A stretch of 64,000 nt of DNA from SAR202 cluster bacterium bin87 (GCA_002238825.1 MPNC01000013.1:6006-70005); one strand, 5' to 3'; shown: positions 36,861-47,692, counted from the first letter of the stretch. The notes: a model not told the origin generated them from the letters alone. Made by a program: numbers and translations.

Positions 36861-38192
36861 ATGATTCAGACTGAGGCACAAGCAGGGGGTCGATGGCCAC
36901 GCCTGGTGCAGGCGGCGATCGACGCGTTCAGCCTGCCCGACCTTCGGACCAAGATCCTTTTCACCCTGGCGATGCTGGCGCTCTACCGGCTGGTCGCCCA
37001 TATTCCGATACCGGGGCTCGACACAGCCGCGCTGGAGCAGTTGTTCACCAACAACCAGCTCCTGGGGTTCCTGGACCTCTTTTCCGGTGGCGCGTTGAGC
37101 CGCATGAGCATCGTGGCGCTGGGAGTGTTCCCGTATATCACGGCGTCCATCATCATGCAGTTGCTGACGCCGGTGATCCCCCAATTGCAGAACCTGTCGC
37201 GTGAGGGTGAAGCCGGCCGCATCAAGATGAACCGCATCACCCACTGGGGAACGGTGCCCATCGCCGTCGCCCAGGCATTCGCGCAAATGGTGTTGCTGCA
37301 GCAGGCCGGCGTGCTCACCAACGTCGGGTTTGGTCCGGACTCGTTCCTGCCCACCCTGGCCGCCGTCCTGTCACTGACCGCCGGCACCATGTTCCTGGTC
37401 TGGCTGGGTGAGCTGATCACCGAGCGCGGCATCGGCAACGGCATCTCGCTGATCATCTTCGCCGGCATCGTGGTCGGCTTCCCCGGCCTCCTGGCCACCG
37501 GCTTCCTGGACCGCGACAACATCATCGGCGTGTTCTTCTTCGCGCTCATCGGCCTGCTGATCATCGCGCTGATCGTCGTGTTCAACGAGGCCCACCGCCG
37601 CATTCCGGTGCAATACGGCCGCAGCATCTTCAGAGGCGGTCAGATGTACCGTCAATCGGGCTCCACGTACATACCGCTGCGGATCAACTCGGCCGGCATG
37701 ATCCCGCTGATCTTCGCCTTCTCCATCGTGATCCTGCCCGGAACCGTCGCCCAGTACCTGAGCTCCGCCGGCGGTTTCGTCGGCAACCTCGCCGCCGACC
37801 TCCAGGTGGCCCTGAGCCCCACCGGCCCCATCTACTGGATACTGGCGTTCTTCCTGGTGGTGGCCTTCACCTTCTTCTACACGCTGGTCGTGTTCCAACA
37901 GCAGAACATCGCCGAGAACCTCCAGCGCAATGGCGGCTTCGTTCTGGGTATCCGGCCGGGCCGGCCCACCCAGGAATACCTGAACCGCGTGATCCTGCGC
38001 CTCACCCTGGGAGGCGCGCTGTTCCTGGGCTTCATCGCAATCGTGCCCTACATCGCGTCCCTGGTCACTAACGTGGAGGCCATCGCCCTGAGCAGCACCA
38101 GCCTGCTGATCATGGTCGGCGTGGGTCTGGACACCCTGCGGCAACTGGAAGCCCAGCTCATGATGCGCAACTACGAGGGATTCCTGAGATGA
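36861..38192 (+). CDS. secY: preprotein translocase subunit SecY
   Basis: 443 aa, 10-TM pattern, with LALGVFPYITASIIMQLL. Confidence 0.95.
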   Translation: MIQTEAQAGGRWPRLVQAAIDAFSLPDLRTKILFTLAMLALYRLVAHIPIPGLDTAALEQLFTNNQLLGFLDLFSGGALSRMSIVALGVFPYITASIIMQLLTPVIPQLQNLSREGEAGRIKMNRITHWGTVPIAVAQAFAQMVLLQQAGVLTNVGFGPDSFLPTLAAVLSLTAGTMFLVWLGELITERGIGNGISLIIFAGIVVGFPGLLATGFLDRDNIIGVFFFALIGLLIIALIVVFNEAHRRIPVQYGRSIFRGGQMYRQSGSTYIPLRINSAGMIPLIFAFSIVILPGTVAQYLSSAGGFVGNLAADLQVALSPTGPIYWILAFFLVVAFTFFYTLVVFQQQNIAENLQRNGGFVLGIRPGRPTQEYLNRVILRLTLGGALFLGFIAIVPYIASLVTNVEAIALSSTSLLIMVGVGLDTLRQLEAQLMMRNYEGFLR

Positions 38193-38884
38193 CCACGGCC
38201 AACGGAATCAGGCTGGTCCTGTTCGGCCCCCCGGGCGCGGGCAAGGGCACCCAGGCCCAGTTGCTCAAGGAGAGCCTGGGCATTGAACACGTCAGCTCAG
38301 GCGACCTCTTCCGGCACCACCTGTCCAACGGAACGCCACTGGGCGAACTGGCCCAAGGCTATATGAACCGCGGCGAACTGGTGCCCGATGAGGTCACGAT
38401 CGACATGGTCATCGACCGCATCGACCAGATCAGCGACGCCGACGGGTTCATGCTGGACGGCTTTCCCCGCAACACGAACCAGGCCGGAGCGCTTGAAGCG
38501 GCGCTGCGAGAACGGGGCCAACGCCTAGACCGCGTGGTTCACATTCAGGTGGAGGACGGTGAACTGATCCGTCGCCTGAGCAACCGCTACGTCTGCCGGG
38601 CCTGCCAGCGACCCTATGCGCGCGACGCCAAAACCGGAGCCCCGCCCCAGAAATGCGCCTACTGCCCCGATGGCGGTGAAATCTACCAGAGAGACGACGA
38701 CACCGAAGCGGCGGTGGCCAACCGCCTGTCTGTTTACCACCAGGAGACCGCTCCGGTTCTGGAGTTCTACCGCCAACGCGGCCTGCTCGCGGACATCCCC
38801 GGCGAGCAACCCATTGACGCGGTACACCACGCCGTGTTGCGGATTCTGGACGCGGCCCACGCGGGCGCGGTTTCAAAATCTTAG
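38189..38884 (+). CDS. adk: adenylate kinase (4-Cys zinc lid type)
   Basis: 231 aa. The P-loop is GPPGAGKGT and the lid is CRAC...CAYC. Confidence 0.95.
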   Translation: MTTANGIRLVLFGPPGAGKGTQAQLLKESLGIEHVSSGDLFRHHLSNGTPLGELAQGYMNRGELVPDEVTIDMVIDRIDQISDADGFMLDGFPRNTNQAGALEAALRERGQRLDRVVHIQVEDGELIRRLSNRYVCRACQRPYARDAKTGAPPQKCAYCPDGGEIYQRDDDTEAAVANRLSVYHQETAPVLEFYRQRGLLADIPGEQPIDAVHHAVLRILDAAHAGAVSKS

Positions 38885-38900
38885 CGATTGAGGTATAATC

Positions 38901-39713
38901 ATGATGGTGGAAAATAAGCCCAAACGTAAAACCGCGTCCAATTCCCCTTCATCTTACACGGGCGGAATCACGATCAAGTCCCGTCGTGAAATGGAGGCCA
39001 TGGAGCGCGCCGGCGCCATCGTTGGCGCCACTCTGACGCTCCTTAAAAAATCGGTTGAGCCAGGCATCACCACCGCCGATCTCAACCGGATTGCGGACAA
39101 GAATATCCGCAGCATGGGCGCAGTACCCACGTTCCTCGGTTACCACGGGTTCCCCGGATCCATCTGCGCCTCGGTCAACGAGGAGATCGTCCACGGCATC
39201 CCCGGCAAGCGGGTGCTCAAAGAGGGCGACATTATCAAGATGGACTGCGGTGCAACCATCGACGGTTTCATCGGCGACGCCGCCATTTCGGTTGCCGTCG
39301 GCAAAATCAGCGACGACGTTCAAAAGCTGATGGATGATACCGAGGCCAGCCTGTTCGCTGGTATCGAAGCCGCCCAGCCGGGCAACCGCATCGGCGACAT
39401 CGGCGCCGCCGTATCCGGATACGCCATACCCCGTGGCTACGGAGTGGTCCGCCAGTTTGTCGGACACGGCGTGGGGCGCTATCTGCACGAGGACCCGCAG
39501 GTTCCGAATTACGGCGAGCCGGGCAAGGGCGTCCTGCTGCGACCCGGCATGTGCATCTGCATCGAGCCCATGCTGAACATGGGCACCGAAGACACCACCA
39601 TACTGGACGACGATTGGACCGTGGTCACCGCCGACGGCGCGATGTCCTCTCACTTTGAGCATACCCTGGCGATCACCGCCGACGGCCCCAAGATCCTGAC
39701 AATGCACGACTGA
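38901..39713 (+). CDS. map: type I methionine aminopeptidase
   Basis: 270 aa. Metal-ligand blocks are DCGA, GDAA, VGHGVG and EPM. Confidence 0.95.
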   Translation: MMVENKPKRKTASNSPSSYTGGITIKSRREMEAMERAGAIVGATLTLLKKSVEPGITTADLNRIADKNIRSMGAVPTFLGYHGFPGSICASVNEEIVHGIPGKRVLKEGDIIKMDCGATIDGFIGDAAISVAVGKISDDVQKLMDDTEASLFAGIEAAQPGNRIGDIGAAVSGYAIPRGYGVVRQFVGHGVGRYLHEDPQVPNYGEPGKGVLLRPGMCICIEPMLNMGTEDTTILDDDWTVVTADGAMSSHFEHTLAITADGPKILTMHD

Positions 39714-39775
39714 GAACACCCGCGCTGCCGACAGCCCACTGCCGGTACGTCGAGACACAAAAAGAAGGAAGGTTT

Positions 39776-39994
39776 ATGGCGAAGAAAGAAGCGATTGAAG
39801 TTGAGGCGCAGGTAACGGAAGCCCTGCCCAACGGCATGTTCCGGGTGGAACTGCCCAACGAGCACCAGGTCCTCGCACACATATCCGGCAAGATCCGCAT
39901 GCACTTCATCCGGGTGCTGCCGGGCGATCGGGTACTGGTGGAGTTGTCTCCCTACGACCTGACCCGAGGACGCATCACCTATCGCTTCAAGTAG
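39776..39994 (+). CDS. infA: translation initiation factor IF-1
   Basis: 72 aa with [22 protein letters not shown]. Confidence 0.95.
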   Translation: MAKKEAIEVEAQVTEALPNGMFRVELPNEHQVLAHISGKIRMHFIRVLPGDRVLVELSPYDLTRGRITYRFK

Positions 39995-40015
39995 CCAGAA
40001 CCGCGGAGAATACCC

Positions 40016-40129
40016 ATGAAAGTGTCCGCATCGGTGAAGCCACGCTGCGACCGCTGCCGGGTCATCCGGCGCAAGGGCGTGGTACGCATCATCTGCGTAA
40101 ACAGCAAGCACGCCCAACGGCAGGGATAG
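40016..40129 (+). CDS. rpmJ: 50S ribosomal protein L36 (zinc-ribbon form)
   Basis: Not in the supplied ORF track (37 aa). I translated it by hand as [37 protein letters not shown]. It sits at the syntenic position between infA and rpsM. Confidence 0.9.
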   Translation: MKVSASVKPRCDRCRVIRRKGVVRIICVNSKHAQRQG

Positions 40130-40192
40130 CTCGGCCAGGCGTAGACTGGTCAGCCCATTCCCCGACCGCAACCCGAATTCAGGAGCGTAACC

Positions 40193-40585
40193 ATGGTCCG
40201 AATAGCCGGAGTCGACGTACCCGACCGCAAGCGCGCCCACATCGCGCTGCGCAGCATCTACGGTATTGGCCCCTCCAAGGCCATCGAAATCGTGGGCAAA
40301 GCCAACCTGGACACCGACATGCCCCCGCGCATGAACGAGCTCTCCGAGGTCGAGGTTGACCGCATCCGCGTGATCGTCGACCAGGATTACATCACCGAGG
40401 GTGACCTGCGTCGGGAACACAACGAAAACATTCGCCGGCTCATCGACATCGGCAGTTACCGTGGCCTGCGCCACCGGCGCAACCTGCCCGTGCACGGCCA
40501 GCGCACCCGAACCAACGCCCGCTCCCGCAAGGGCGCCCGGCGCACCGTGGCCGGCCGCGGTCGGCGCACCGGCGGCAAGAAGTAA
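40193..40585 (+). CDS. rpsM: 30S ribosomal protein S13
   Basis: 130 aa, starting MVRIAGVDVP. Confidence 0.95.
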   Translation: MVRIAGVDVPDRKRAHIALRSIYGIGPSKAIEIVGKANLDTDMPPRMNELSEVEVDRIRVIVDQDYITEGDLRREHNENIRRLIDIGSYRGLRHRRNLPVHGQRTRTNARSRKGARRTVAGRGRRTGGKK

Positions 40586-40647
40586 TTCTGCCCGTCGGCG
40601 TCAGACCCCACCCTGCCGAACCAGCAATTCCAACGAGGTAACAACCA

Positions 40648-41031
40648 ATGCCCCGACCACGCGCACGTCGTCGCGAGCGGCGCTCCATCCCACAGGGGCG
40701 CGCTTACATTTACTCTACGTTCAACAACACGCTGGTCAGCCTGACCGACCCCGATGGAAACGTCGTGGCCTCGACCAGCGCCGGAACCGCCGGCTTCCGC
40801 GGCTCCCGCAAGGGCACGGCCTTTGCCGCCCAGCGCGCCGCCGAGCAGGCTGCCCGCCGTGGCGTGGACATGGGCATGCGCAATATCGACGTCTACATCA
40901 AGGGCCCCGGCTCCGGCCGTGAACCGGCGATCCGCGCTCTGCAGGCCGCCGGCCTGAACGTCAACAGCATTCGCGACGTTACTCCCATCCCGCACAACGG
41001 CGTGCGCCCTCCCAAGCGGCGTCGCGTCTAA
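40648..41031 (+). CDS. rpsK: 30S ribosomal protein S11
   Basis: 127 aa with [12 protein letters not shown]. Confidence 0.95.
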   Translation: MPRPRARRRERRSIPQGRAYIYSTFNNTLVSLTDPDGNVVASTSAGTAGFRGSRKGTAFAAQRAAEQAARRGVDMGMRNIDVYIKGPGSGREPAIRALQAAGLNVNSIRDVTPIPHNGVRPPKRRRV

Positions 41032-41071
41032 TTTCACGATTCCTCACCACACCACCAACGGAAAGACCAAC

Positions 41072-41698
41072 ATGGGCAGATATACCGGACCTTCGTGCCG
41101 CCTGTGCCGCCGCGCCGGCGAAAAGCTCTTCCTGAAAGGCGACCGCTGCTTTTCACCACGCTGCGCCATCGAGCGCCGCCACATCCCGCCCGGAGGCGGC
41201 GGAAACCGTCGCCGGCGCGTCTCCGATTACGGCGTTCACCTGCGGGAGAAACAGAAGGCCCGGCAGATGTACGGCATCATGGAAAGCCAGTTCCGGAAGT
41301 ATATGACCGACGCGTTCAACACGCCCGGCATCTCCGGCAACAACCTGCTCCGCACTCTGGAGCGGCGGCTGGACAACGTGGTCTTTCTGCTGGGGTTTGC
41401 TGACTCCCGCAAGCAGGCCCGCCAGATGGTCCAGCACGGCCACTTCAACGTCAATGGCAGGAAGACCGACATACCTTCCTTCCTGGTCAGGCCGGGACAG
41501 ACCATCGCCTGGACGGAAACCTCTCGCAAGCGCGAGTTCTTCGCCGACCGCACCGATGGCCTGCCCAAGCGTACCCTCCCCAGTTGGCTGACCCTCGACC
41601 TGACCCAAATGGAAGGTCAGGTGATCTCAATGCCGCCCGACAACGAACTACCCGAAACCATCAACTCCCGCCTGATCGTCGAGTACTACTCAAGGTAA
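41072..41698 (+). CDS. rpsD: 30S ribosomal protein S4
   Basis: 208 aa, starting MGRYTGPSCRLCRR. Confidence 0.95.
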   Translation: MGRYTGPSCRLCRRAGEKLFLKGDRCFSPRCAIERRHIPPGGGGNRRRRVSDYGVHLREKQKARQMYGIMESQFRKYMTDAFNTPGISGNNLLRTLERRLDNVVFLLGFADSRKQARQMVQHGHFNVNGRKTDIPSFLVRPGQTIAWTETSRKREFFADRTDGLPKRTLPSWLTLDLTQMEGQVISMPPDNELPETINSRLIVEYYSR

Positions 41699-41706
41699 CC
41701 TGCGGC

Positions 41707-42789
41707 ATGTTAGATCCTCAGATCCTCCCGCCATTGCGGGATCCCGAACCCGAGATACCGTCCCCGTCCATCCGGGTTATCGACAGCAACGATACTTACG
41801 CGTGCGTGGCCCTGGAACCGCTGGAACGGGGATATGCCACCACCGTGGGCAACCCGCTGCGGCGGTTGCTGCTCAGCTCCATCCAGGGAACCGCGGTGAC
41901 CTGGGTGAAGATTGAAGGCGTGCCCCACGAGTATTCGGTCATTCCGGGCGTCAAGGAAGAGGTCATGGACCTCCTTCTCAGCGTCAAACGCATCCGTATC
42001 AACGCCCTTTCCAAGCGCACCGGCAAGATGCGTCTCGATGTTACCGGCGAGGGACGCGTCTGCGCCGGCGACATCGCCACCGCCAGCGACTACCAGATCG
42101 TCAACCCGGAACTCCACCTGGCCACCTTGGACAACCCCGACGTTTCCCTGTCCATCGAATTCAACGTGGAGCCGGGCAAGGGCTACCAACAAGTGGCCCA
42201 GGGTGACAGCATGGCCGGGCTGCCGGTGGGCGTATTGCCCGTGGACGCCATCTACAACCCCGTCCGCAAGGTGGAATATTCCGTCGAACGGATGATGGTT
42301 GGTCAGCAGACCGACTGGGAGCGACTGATCCTCCAGGTGTGGACCGACGGCGCCGTGAGCCCGCTGGCCGCCATCCAGGAAGCCTCCGAAAATCTCGTCC
42401 AGCACTTCTTCATGTTCAACCAGCTGAGTCGGCCCGCCGACGATCCGTTGGACACGAGCAGCCTCACCGTGGCTTCTGAAGTCTACCTGATGCCCATTGA
42501 ACGCCTGGACCTGTCGTCACGCACCCTCAACTGCCTGAAGCGGGCCAAGCTGGACCGCGTCGGACAGGTGCTCGACCTCAGCTCGGACGAACTGCTGAAC
42601 ATACGCAACTTCGGTCAGAAGTCCCTGGAAGAACTTCAGGGCAAACTTGCCGAGCTGGGTGTCACTTCCTCGCGGGTCAGTCAGGCCGCCAGTGAAGCGG
42701 GCCCCGACCTCGACGACGAAGATATGGACGACACCCCCCTGGTGTTTGATCCCACAGACGACGAATACGACTACGACGACGGTGATTAG
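41707..42789 (+). CDS. rpoA: DNA-directed RNA polymerase subunit alpha
   Basis: 360 aa from ATG 41707. It has [23 protein letters not shown], a C-terminal domain [12 protein letters not shown], and an acidic tail. Confidence 0.95.
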   Translation: MLDPQILPPLRDPEPEIPSPSIRVIDSNDTYACVALEPLERGYATTVGNPLRRLLLSSIQGTAVTWVKIEGVPHEYSVIPGVKEEVMDLLLSVKRIRINALSKRTGKMRLDVTGEGRVCAGDIATASDYQIVNPELHLATLDNPDVSLSIEFNVEPGKGYQQVAQGDSMAGLPVGVLPVDAIYNPVRKVEYSVERMMVGQQTDWERLILQVWTDGAVSPLAAIQEASENLVQHFFMFNQLSRPADDPLDTSSLTVASEVYLMPIERLDLSSRTLNCLKRAKLDRVGQVLDLSSDELLNIRNFGQKSLEELQGKLAELGVTSSRVSQAASEAGPDLDDEDMDDTPLVFDPTDDEYDYDDGD

Positions 42790-42791
42790 TC

Positions 42792-43145
42792 ATGCCTTCC
42801 CATCGCGTAACCGGCCGCAAGCTCAGCCGGTACAAGGACCAGCGCAAGGCCCTGTTGCGGGGCCTCACCGCGGATCTGATACGGCACGAACGTATCACCA
42901 CCACCCTGGCCAAAGCCAAGGAAACCCGGGTGATGACCGAAAAGCTGATCACCCACGGCAAGAAGGGATCGCTGCACAATCGGCGAACCGCCCTGAGCCG
43001 ATTGCCCCAAAAGGACGTGGTGGCCAAGATTTTTGACGAGCTCGGCCCCCGGTACGCCGAACGACCTGGCGGTTACACCCGCATCATCAAGCTGGGACCC
43101 CGCCAGGGCGACGGCGCCTCGATGGCCGTTATCGAGCTCGTGTAA
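42792..43145 (+). CDS. rplQ: 50S ribosomal protein L17
   Basis: 117 aa with GRKLSR...R.ALLRGL. Confidence 0.95.
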   Translation: MPSHRVTGRKLSRYKDQRKALLRGLTADLIRHERITTTLAKAKETRVMTEKLITHGKKGSLHNRRTALSRLPQKDVVAKIFDELGPRYAERPGGYTRIIKLGPRQGDGASMAVIELV

Positions 43146-43195
43146 CGCCAGCGCGACGACACCTTTCGAGGAATTGCCATTGCCCCAATAACCCC

Positions 43196-44020
43196 ATGAC
43201 ATCCCAACGCACCGTCGAGGCAGCGCAACGCCGCATCGCCCTGGTGGTGGCATACGAAGGCACCCAATACGCCGGCTTTCAACTTCAGGCCGACGTCCCG
43301 ACCATCCAGGGAGAGTTGGAAAGGGCCTTCAATCGTCTCACCGGCGAACGGGCCCGCGTAAGGGGAGCCAGTCGCACCGACTCCGGCGCCCATGCCATCT
43401 GCCAGGTGGTCGACCTGACGACCGGCGCCACGCACGGAACCAACGTGGTCGCCGCGGCCATGAACCACTACCTGCCGAGTGATATCCGCGTACTAATGGC
43501 CAGCGACGTGCCCGAAGCATTCCACGCCAGGCGCAGCGCCACCAGGCGAGACTACCGGTACAGCATCGCCAACCGACCCGTACCCTCCCCTCTCCTCCGG
43601 CGCACCCACCACGAGGAGCCGACGCCACTGGATCTCGACGCAATGCGAATGGCCACTCACAGTCTCCTGGGCATCCGGGATTTCCGGCAAATCGCCACGG
43701 CGCATCCCGCAGACCAGAGCGCGGTACGGCAGGTGTTCCGGTGGGACGTGAAACGCCAGAGCGACGACCCGGATGTCATAGCAATCGATTGCGCGGCCAA
43801 CGGGTTTTTGAGGCATCAGATCAGACGAGCCAACGCGGTACTGGTGGAGATAGGAAAAGGAAGACTGCCGATCCACGCCGTTGCCGACACCCTGGCCGGA
43901 CGAACCCAACAACTGCACAACATCCCGACCCTGCCCGCAAAAGGCCTGTGCCTGCGGTCGGTCCACTACCCAGAATTCAATCACTTGCTGAAGGTAGCCA
44001 GTTACCATGAAACGAACTAG
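43196..44020 (+). CDS. truA: tRNA pseudouridine(38-40) synthase TruA
   Basis: 274 aa with YEGT.YAGFQ.Q and ASRTDSGAHA. Confidence 0.9.
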   Translation: MTSQRTVEAAQRRIALVVAYEGTQYAGFQLQADVPTIQGELERAFNRLTGERARVRGASRTDSGAHAICQVVDLTTGATHGTNVVAAAMNHYLPSDIRVLMASDVPEAFHARRSATRRDYRYSIANRPVPSPLLRRTHHEEPTPLDLDAMRMATHSLLGIRDFRQIATAHPADQSAVRQVFRWDVKRQSDDPDVIAIDCAANGFLRHQIRRANAVLVEIGKGRLPIHAVADTLAGRTQQLHNIPTLPAKGLCLRSVHYPEFNHLLKVASYHETN

Positions 44021-44438
44021 CACTTACTTCGCCAAAGCCGGTGACGTGCCGGATACCTGGCGCGTCATCGACGCCACCGGCATCAGCCTGGGCCGCGTGG
44101 CCCGTCAGGTGGCCGTGGCGCTTCAGGGCAAGGACTTGCCCACCTACACGCCCCACGTCATCACCGGGTGTCACGTCGTGGTCATCAACGCCGACAAGGT
44201 TCGCGTCACCGGGCGCAAGTTGATGCAGAAGATGTACTACCGGCACAGCGGCTACGTGGGCAACCTCAAGTCATTCCTCATGCGCGACATGATGGAAGAG
44301 CGACCGGAGCGGGTGGTTCGCCTGGCCGTCAAGGGCATGCTGCCCTCCAACAAGCAGGGCCGCCAGATGCTGCGCCGCCTGCGCGTCTATGCCGGCGACC
44401 AGCACCCGCACGAAGCCCAGGTCGGCAGCGCCGAGTAG
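44007..44438 (+). CDS. rplM: 50S ribosomal protein L13
   Basis: 143 aa with W.VIDA and YYRHSGY.G. Confidence 0.95.
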   Translation: MKRTSTYFAKAGDVPDTWRVIDATGISLGRVARQVAVALQGKDLPTYTPHVITGCHVVVINADKVRVTGRKLMQKMYYRHSGYVGNLKSFLMRDMMEERPERVVRLAVKGMLPSNKQGRQMLRRLRVYAGDQHPHEAQVGSAE

Positions 44439-44490
44439 AATCGCAACCGCTTTCACCCAATCGCCAACGCAAGGCAGGTAAATAACCAAC

Positions 44491-44904
44491 ATGGTGACGC
44501 AAGCAGAACCGCAAGCGCAGTACTTCTACGGGACCGGCCGGCGCAAGAGCGCCATCGCCAAGGTGCGCATCTATCCCGACGATGGCACCGCCATCATCGT
44601 CAACGACAAGCCCATGGAGGAGTACTTCAACTGGCTGCCCTGGCAGTCCACGGTGCGGGAACCCTTCGCGACATCGGGAACCGTCGGACGCTTCCGCGTC
44701 ATGGCCAAGGTCACCGGCGGCGGCGTCAACGCCCAGGCCGAGGCCATCCGTCACGGCATTTCCCGCGCGCTGGTTGTCTTCGACCCCAACCTGAAGTCCA
44801 GCCTGCGCCGCGCCGGCTTCATCACCCGCGACGCCCGGGTCAAGGAAAGCAAGAAGTACGGCCTCAAGCGCGCCCGCCGCGCCCCGCAGTACACCAAGCG
44901 GTAA
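44491..44904 (+). CDS. rpsI: 30S ribosomal protein S9
   Basis: 137 aa with the C-terminus KKYGLKRARRAPQYTKR. Confidence 0.95.
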   Translation: MVTQAEPQAQYFYGTGRRKSAIAKVRIYPDDGTAIIVNDKPMEEYFNWLPWQSTVREPFATSGTVGRFRVMAKVTGGGVNAQAEAIRHGISRALVVFDPNLKSSLRRAGFITRDARVKESKKYGLKRARRAPQYTKR

Positions 44905-44935
44905 ACACAGATCCGGTGTTAGACGGAAGACGCTG

Positions 44936-45214
44936 ATGGACGTTCCCGAAATCGCCGTGTTTATCGCCGGGGCAACGTTTGCGCTGACCGTGGTCGTGCT
45001 GTTGGTCAGGGGCAGTTACCAACTGGGCAGGCTGGTAAACAAGGTCGATAATCAGGAAGCCAGCATCAACAGCCTGAACGGTAAGATGGAAATCTTGACT
45101 GCGGCCATCAACGAGTTGCGCGACGAAGTGCAGCAGATCAACCGGATCCTGGTGGGCCTGGCCAACCACACCCGCGACGCCGACGGCAGGACCGTGTTCA
45201 CCATCCCGTCCTGA
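44936..45214 (+). CDS. hypothetical single-pass membrane protein with coiled-coil
   Basis: 92 aa. An N-terminal TM (IAVFIAGATFALTVVVLLV) is followed by a heptad-like helix. It starts 31 nt after rpsI and shares its terminator. Confidence 0.5.
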   Translation: MDVPEIAVFIAGATFALTVVVLLVRGSYQLGRLVNKVDNQEASINSLNGKMEILTAAINELRDEVQQINRILVGLANHTRDADGRTVFTIPS

Positions 45215-45237
45215 CTTGAACGGACACTGCGGAAGCT

Positions 45238-45275
45238 AAAACCCCTCGGTAGTCAGCCGAGGGGTTTGTCATTTC
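45238..45275. terminator. bidirectional intrinsic terminator ending the ribosomal supercluster
   Basis: An 11-bp stem AAACCCCTCGG/CCGAGGGGTTT has a 7-nt loop, followed by GTCATTT. It lies between convergent genes. Confidence 0.7.
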
Positions 45276-46197
45276 AGAACAGGTCGCGCCCGATGGTCAG
45301 CCAGTAGAACATTATGTACACGCCGGCCACCACCATCAGCCAGGCTCCCACCACACCCACGTACGGCAGGATCGCCCGCATCCACCGCACCATCACCGAG
45401 CGGGCCAGCGCCATCCCCAGCGTCAGCGCCATGATGACGCTACCCATGCCGGCCGCGTACAGCACGAACTGACCCAGCGTGTCCAGCCATCCCGACGACA
45501 GGCCGGCGCCCACGCCCAACACCGCCAGAAACAGCGGTAGCGTGCAACTCAGCGATGCCAGCCCGTAGCTGACCCCGAACAGCAGATAGCCGGGCAGGTT
45601 GGTCTGACCCGGATCACCGATGCGCGCCGCCGCCCGCTGCGCCAGGCTGGTGTAGATCTTGCCGCCACTGGCCATGAACGCCCCGGCCCCGATCAGCAGG
45701 ACGCCGATCGCCAGGCCCACGTAGGGCAGCGCCGCCACCACGATGGCCTGCGAGCCGAACCCCAGGACCAGCCCCACCAGCCCGAACAGCACGACGAAGC
45801 CCGCTGAAACCGTCAGACCCACCATTATCGCTCGCAACACCAATACGATGGGACTGCGCCGCTCCTGCTCCCCGGTTCCGCCGCTTACGTAGAGGCCCAG
45901 GTATGCGGGCAGCATGGCGAAACCACACGGATTCACGGCGGAGGCTGCCCCGACCGCGTAGGCAAACCCCAGCTTGAGGCCGACGTTGCTCAGGCCGGTG
46001 CCCGATGAGCCGGACAGCAACTCAACAAACCGGTTCACCCCGTCGATGCCTTCCGTGCTCCGCAGTAACAGAGCCCCCACCACGGCAATAGCGTACGCCA
46101 CGGCGGCAATGAGGGCCCCAAGCATGACGCTACGGCTGATGGGAAGGCGGTCCCACAGAGAGGTTGCAGTGGTCGGAGTTTCCGCTGGTGTAGTCAT
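45274..46197 (-). CDS. ccdA: cytochrome c biogenesis CcdA / DsbD-family thiol:disulfide transmembrane protein
   Basis: 307 aa from ATG 46197, polytopic. It has NPCGFAMLPAYLG and a second Cys in SLSCTLPLF. Confidence 0.7.
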   Translation of the reverse strand: MTTPAETPTTATSLWDRLPISRSVMLGALIAAVAYAIAVVGALLLRSTEGIDGVNRFVELLSGSSGTGLSNVGLKLGFAYAVGAASAVNPCGFAMLPAYLGLYVSGGTGEQERRSPIVLVLRAIMVGLTVSAGFVVLFGLVGLVLGFGSQAIVVAALPYVGLAIGVLLIGAGAFMASGGKIYTSLAQRAAARIGDPGQTNLPGYLLFGVSYGLASLSCTLPLFLAVLGVGAGLSSGWLDTLGQFVLYAAGMGSVIMALTLGMALARSVMVRWMRAILPYVGVVGAWLMVVAGVYIMFYWLTIGRDLF

Positions 46198-46272
46198 GGC
46201 ATTCACCCGATGAGCGCGGCGTCCAATTATTTGTGGTGATCTGTGGTCGAGCGCGTCTGAACACACGACCTG

Positions 46273-46608
46273 CTACTCGTTTCTGATGATTACCGTGTTG
46301 GCTACCCGGTCCGCCAGCGAGCGGTGCTCTTCCTCGTCGATGAGCATCAGAACAATGTCGGCGAAAAATCCTATGACGAACCAATGGGCAACGGTCTTGA
46401 CTATCTCGCGCACGAATGTGGCGCCCCACCCCGCTGGATCGCCGTGGCGTTTTACGGCGCGTATGCCCAGCAACTGCTTGCCGGGAGTCTGGCCGCGTCC
46501 CAGGACAATCAGCCACCAGATTAGATAACCGATGATCAGCGTTAGAAAAAAGAGAATACCATCGAGTAGGAAGGCGAACATCCGCCGTAATGGCGTTGCA
46601 TATTCCAT
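46273..46608 (-). CDS. RDD-domain membrane protein
   Basis: 111 aa. RR..A.LLD, GQTPGK..LGIR and R.L.DR.A.T..I form the RDD pattern. Confidence 0.65.
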   Translation of the reverse strand: MEYATPLRRMFAFLLDGILFFLTLIIGYLIWWLIVLGRGQTPGKQLLGIRAVKRHGDPAGWGATFVREIVKTVAHWFVIGFFADIVLMLIDEEEHRSLADRVANTVIIRNE

Positions 46609-46715
46609 GACGGAGCCTCGCTAATTAATACGTCGCCTGGTAGACATCGGTTCAACGCTTGTGCGTGATGGCACGGAACGAACTCCGGCCAGCACTGGCG
46701 GAACTCGCCGAGTGA

Positions 46716-47681
46716 TCATTCCCTCAGGCTCAGCAACAACCGCTCCGCTTCCCGGCAAATGTCGCCCATCACTTCGGCCGCCGGGCGAATGGCGTTCACC
46801 GCGCCCGCTCCTTGCCCCATGTAGACCGACGATACTTCGGGATCATGCCGAGCGCGGGCAGCAGCAACGTCCGAGGCCAACTCTTCCCGATGATGCATCA
46901 CGGCCTCATCCCGACCGTCCCACTCCCGCACCAGGCGGTTGCGGTATACCCGCCCCGCGATTCCAGTGGGCCAGGGTGTGTCCCCCAGCAGGTCGTACAG
47001 CCGCGTAAACACCGTGTCCTGGCCATCGGATAGAACAACCTGCTCCTTGAATGCCTCGGGCACTTCCACCGCCTCCGGCGTGGCCAGCAGGGCGGTTCCC
47101 AGCGACGCTCCCTCGGCGCCGGCGGCCAGCACCGCCGCCAGGGCCCGCCCCGTGGTGATGCCTCCCGCCGCCAGCACGGGAACGTGCGGATATTCCTCGA
47201 CCACTGCCACCAGCAGCGGCAGCAGGTTCATGCCCCCGGTGTGCCCACCGGCCTCGTTGCCCTGAACCATCAGCACGTCCGCGCCGCCATCGACGGCCAC
47301 CCTCGCCAGCTCCAGGGACTGCACCTGGCAGACGGCGACGGCTCCCGCGTCCCGCGCCCGGCCCAGCCAGGGCTGCGGGTCCGTGAACGAGAATATCACC
47401 ACGGGGACACCCTCATCCATCACGATCTCGAAGTTCTCCGGGTCCGGTTCGATGAGCTGGGTGATAAAGCCCACACCGAACGGCCGGTCAGTCGTCGCCC
47501 TGATGTACGCAATCTGCTCCCGAAGCCAGTCCGAACCCAAGCCATTGCTGGCCCCGAAGGTGCCCAAGCCGCCGGCCTCCGACACCACCGCCGCGAGCGT
47601 ACCGCCGCTGTGGTTGCTCATCGGCGCATTCATAGCCGGGAGCGACAGCCCCAGCAGGTCAGTGAAGCGGGTACGCAGCAC
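46716..47681 (-). CDS. NAD(P)H-dependent flavin oxidoreductase (nitronate monooxygenase/FabK-like)
   Basis: 321 aa. It has the NMO family N-terminus (LGLSLPAMNAPMS...SEAGGLG) and the GNEAGGH block. Confidence 0.8.
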   Translation of the reverse strand: MLRTRFTDLLGLSLPAMNAPMSNHSGGTLAAVVSEAGGLGTFGASNGLGSDWLREQIAYIRATTDRPFGVGFITQLIEPDPENFEIVMDEGVPVVIFSFTDPQPWLGRARDAGAVAVCQVQSLELARVAVDGGADVLMVQGNEAGGHTGGMNLLPLLVAVVEEYPHVPVLAAGGITTGRALAAVLAAGAEGASLGTALLATPEAVEVPEAFKEQVVLSDGQDTVFTRLYDLLGDTPWPTGIAGRVYRNRLVREWDGRDEAVMHHREELASDVAAARARHDPEVSSVYMGQGAGAVNAIRPAAEVMGDICREAERLLLSLRE

Positions 47682-47692
47682 GGCCAGTCCGT

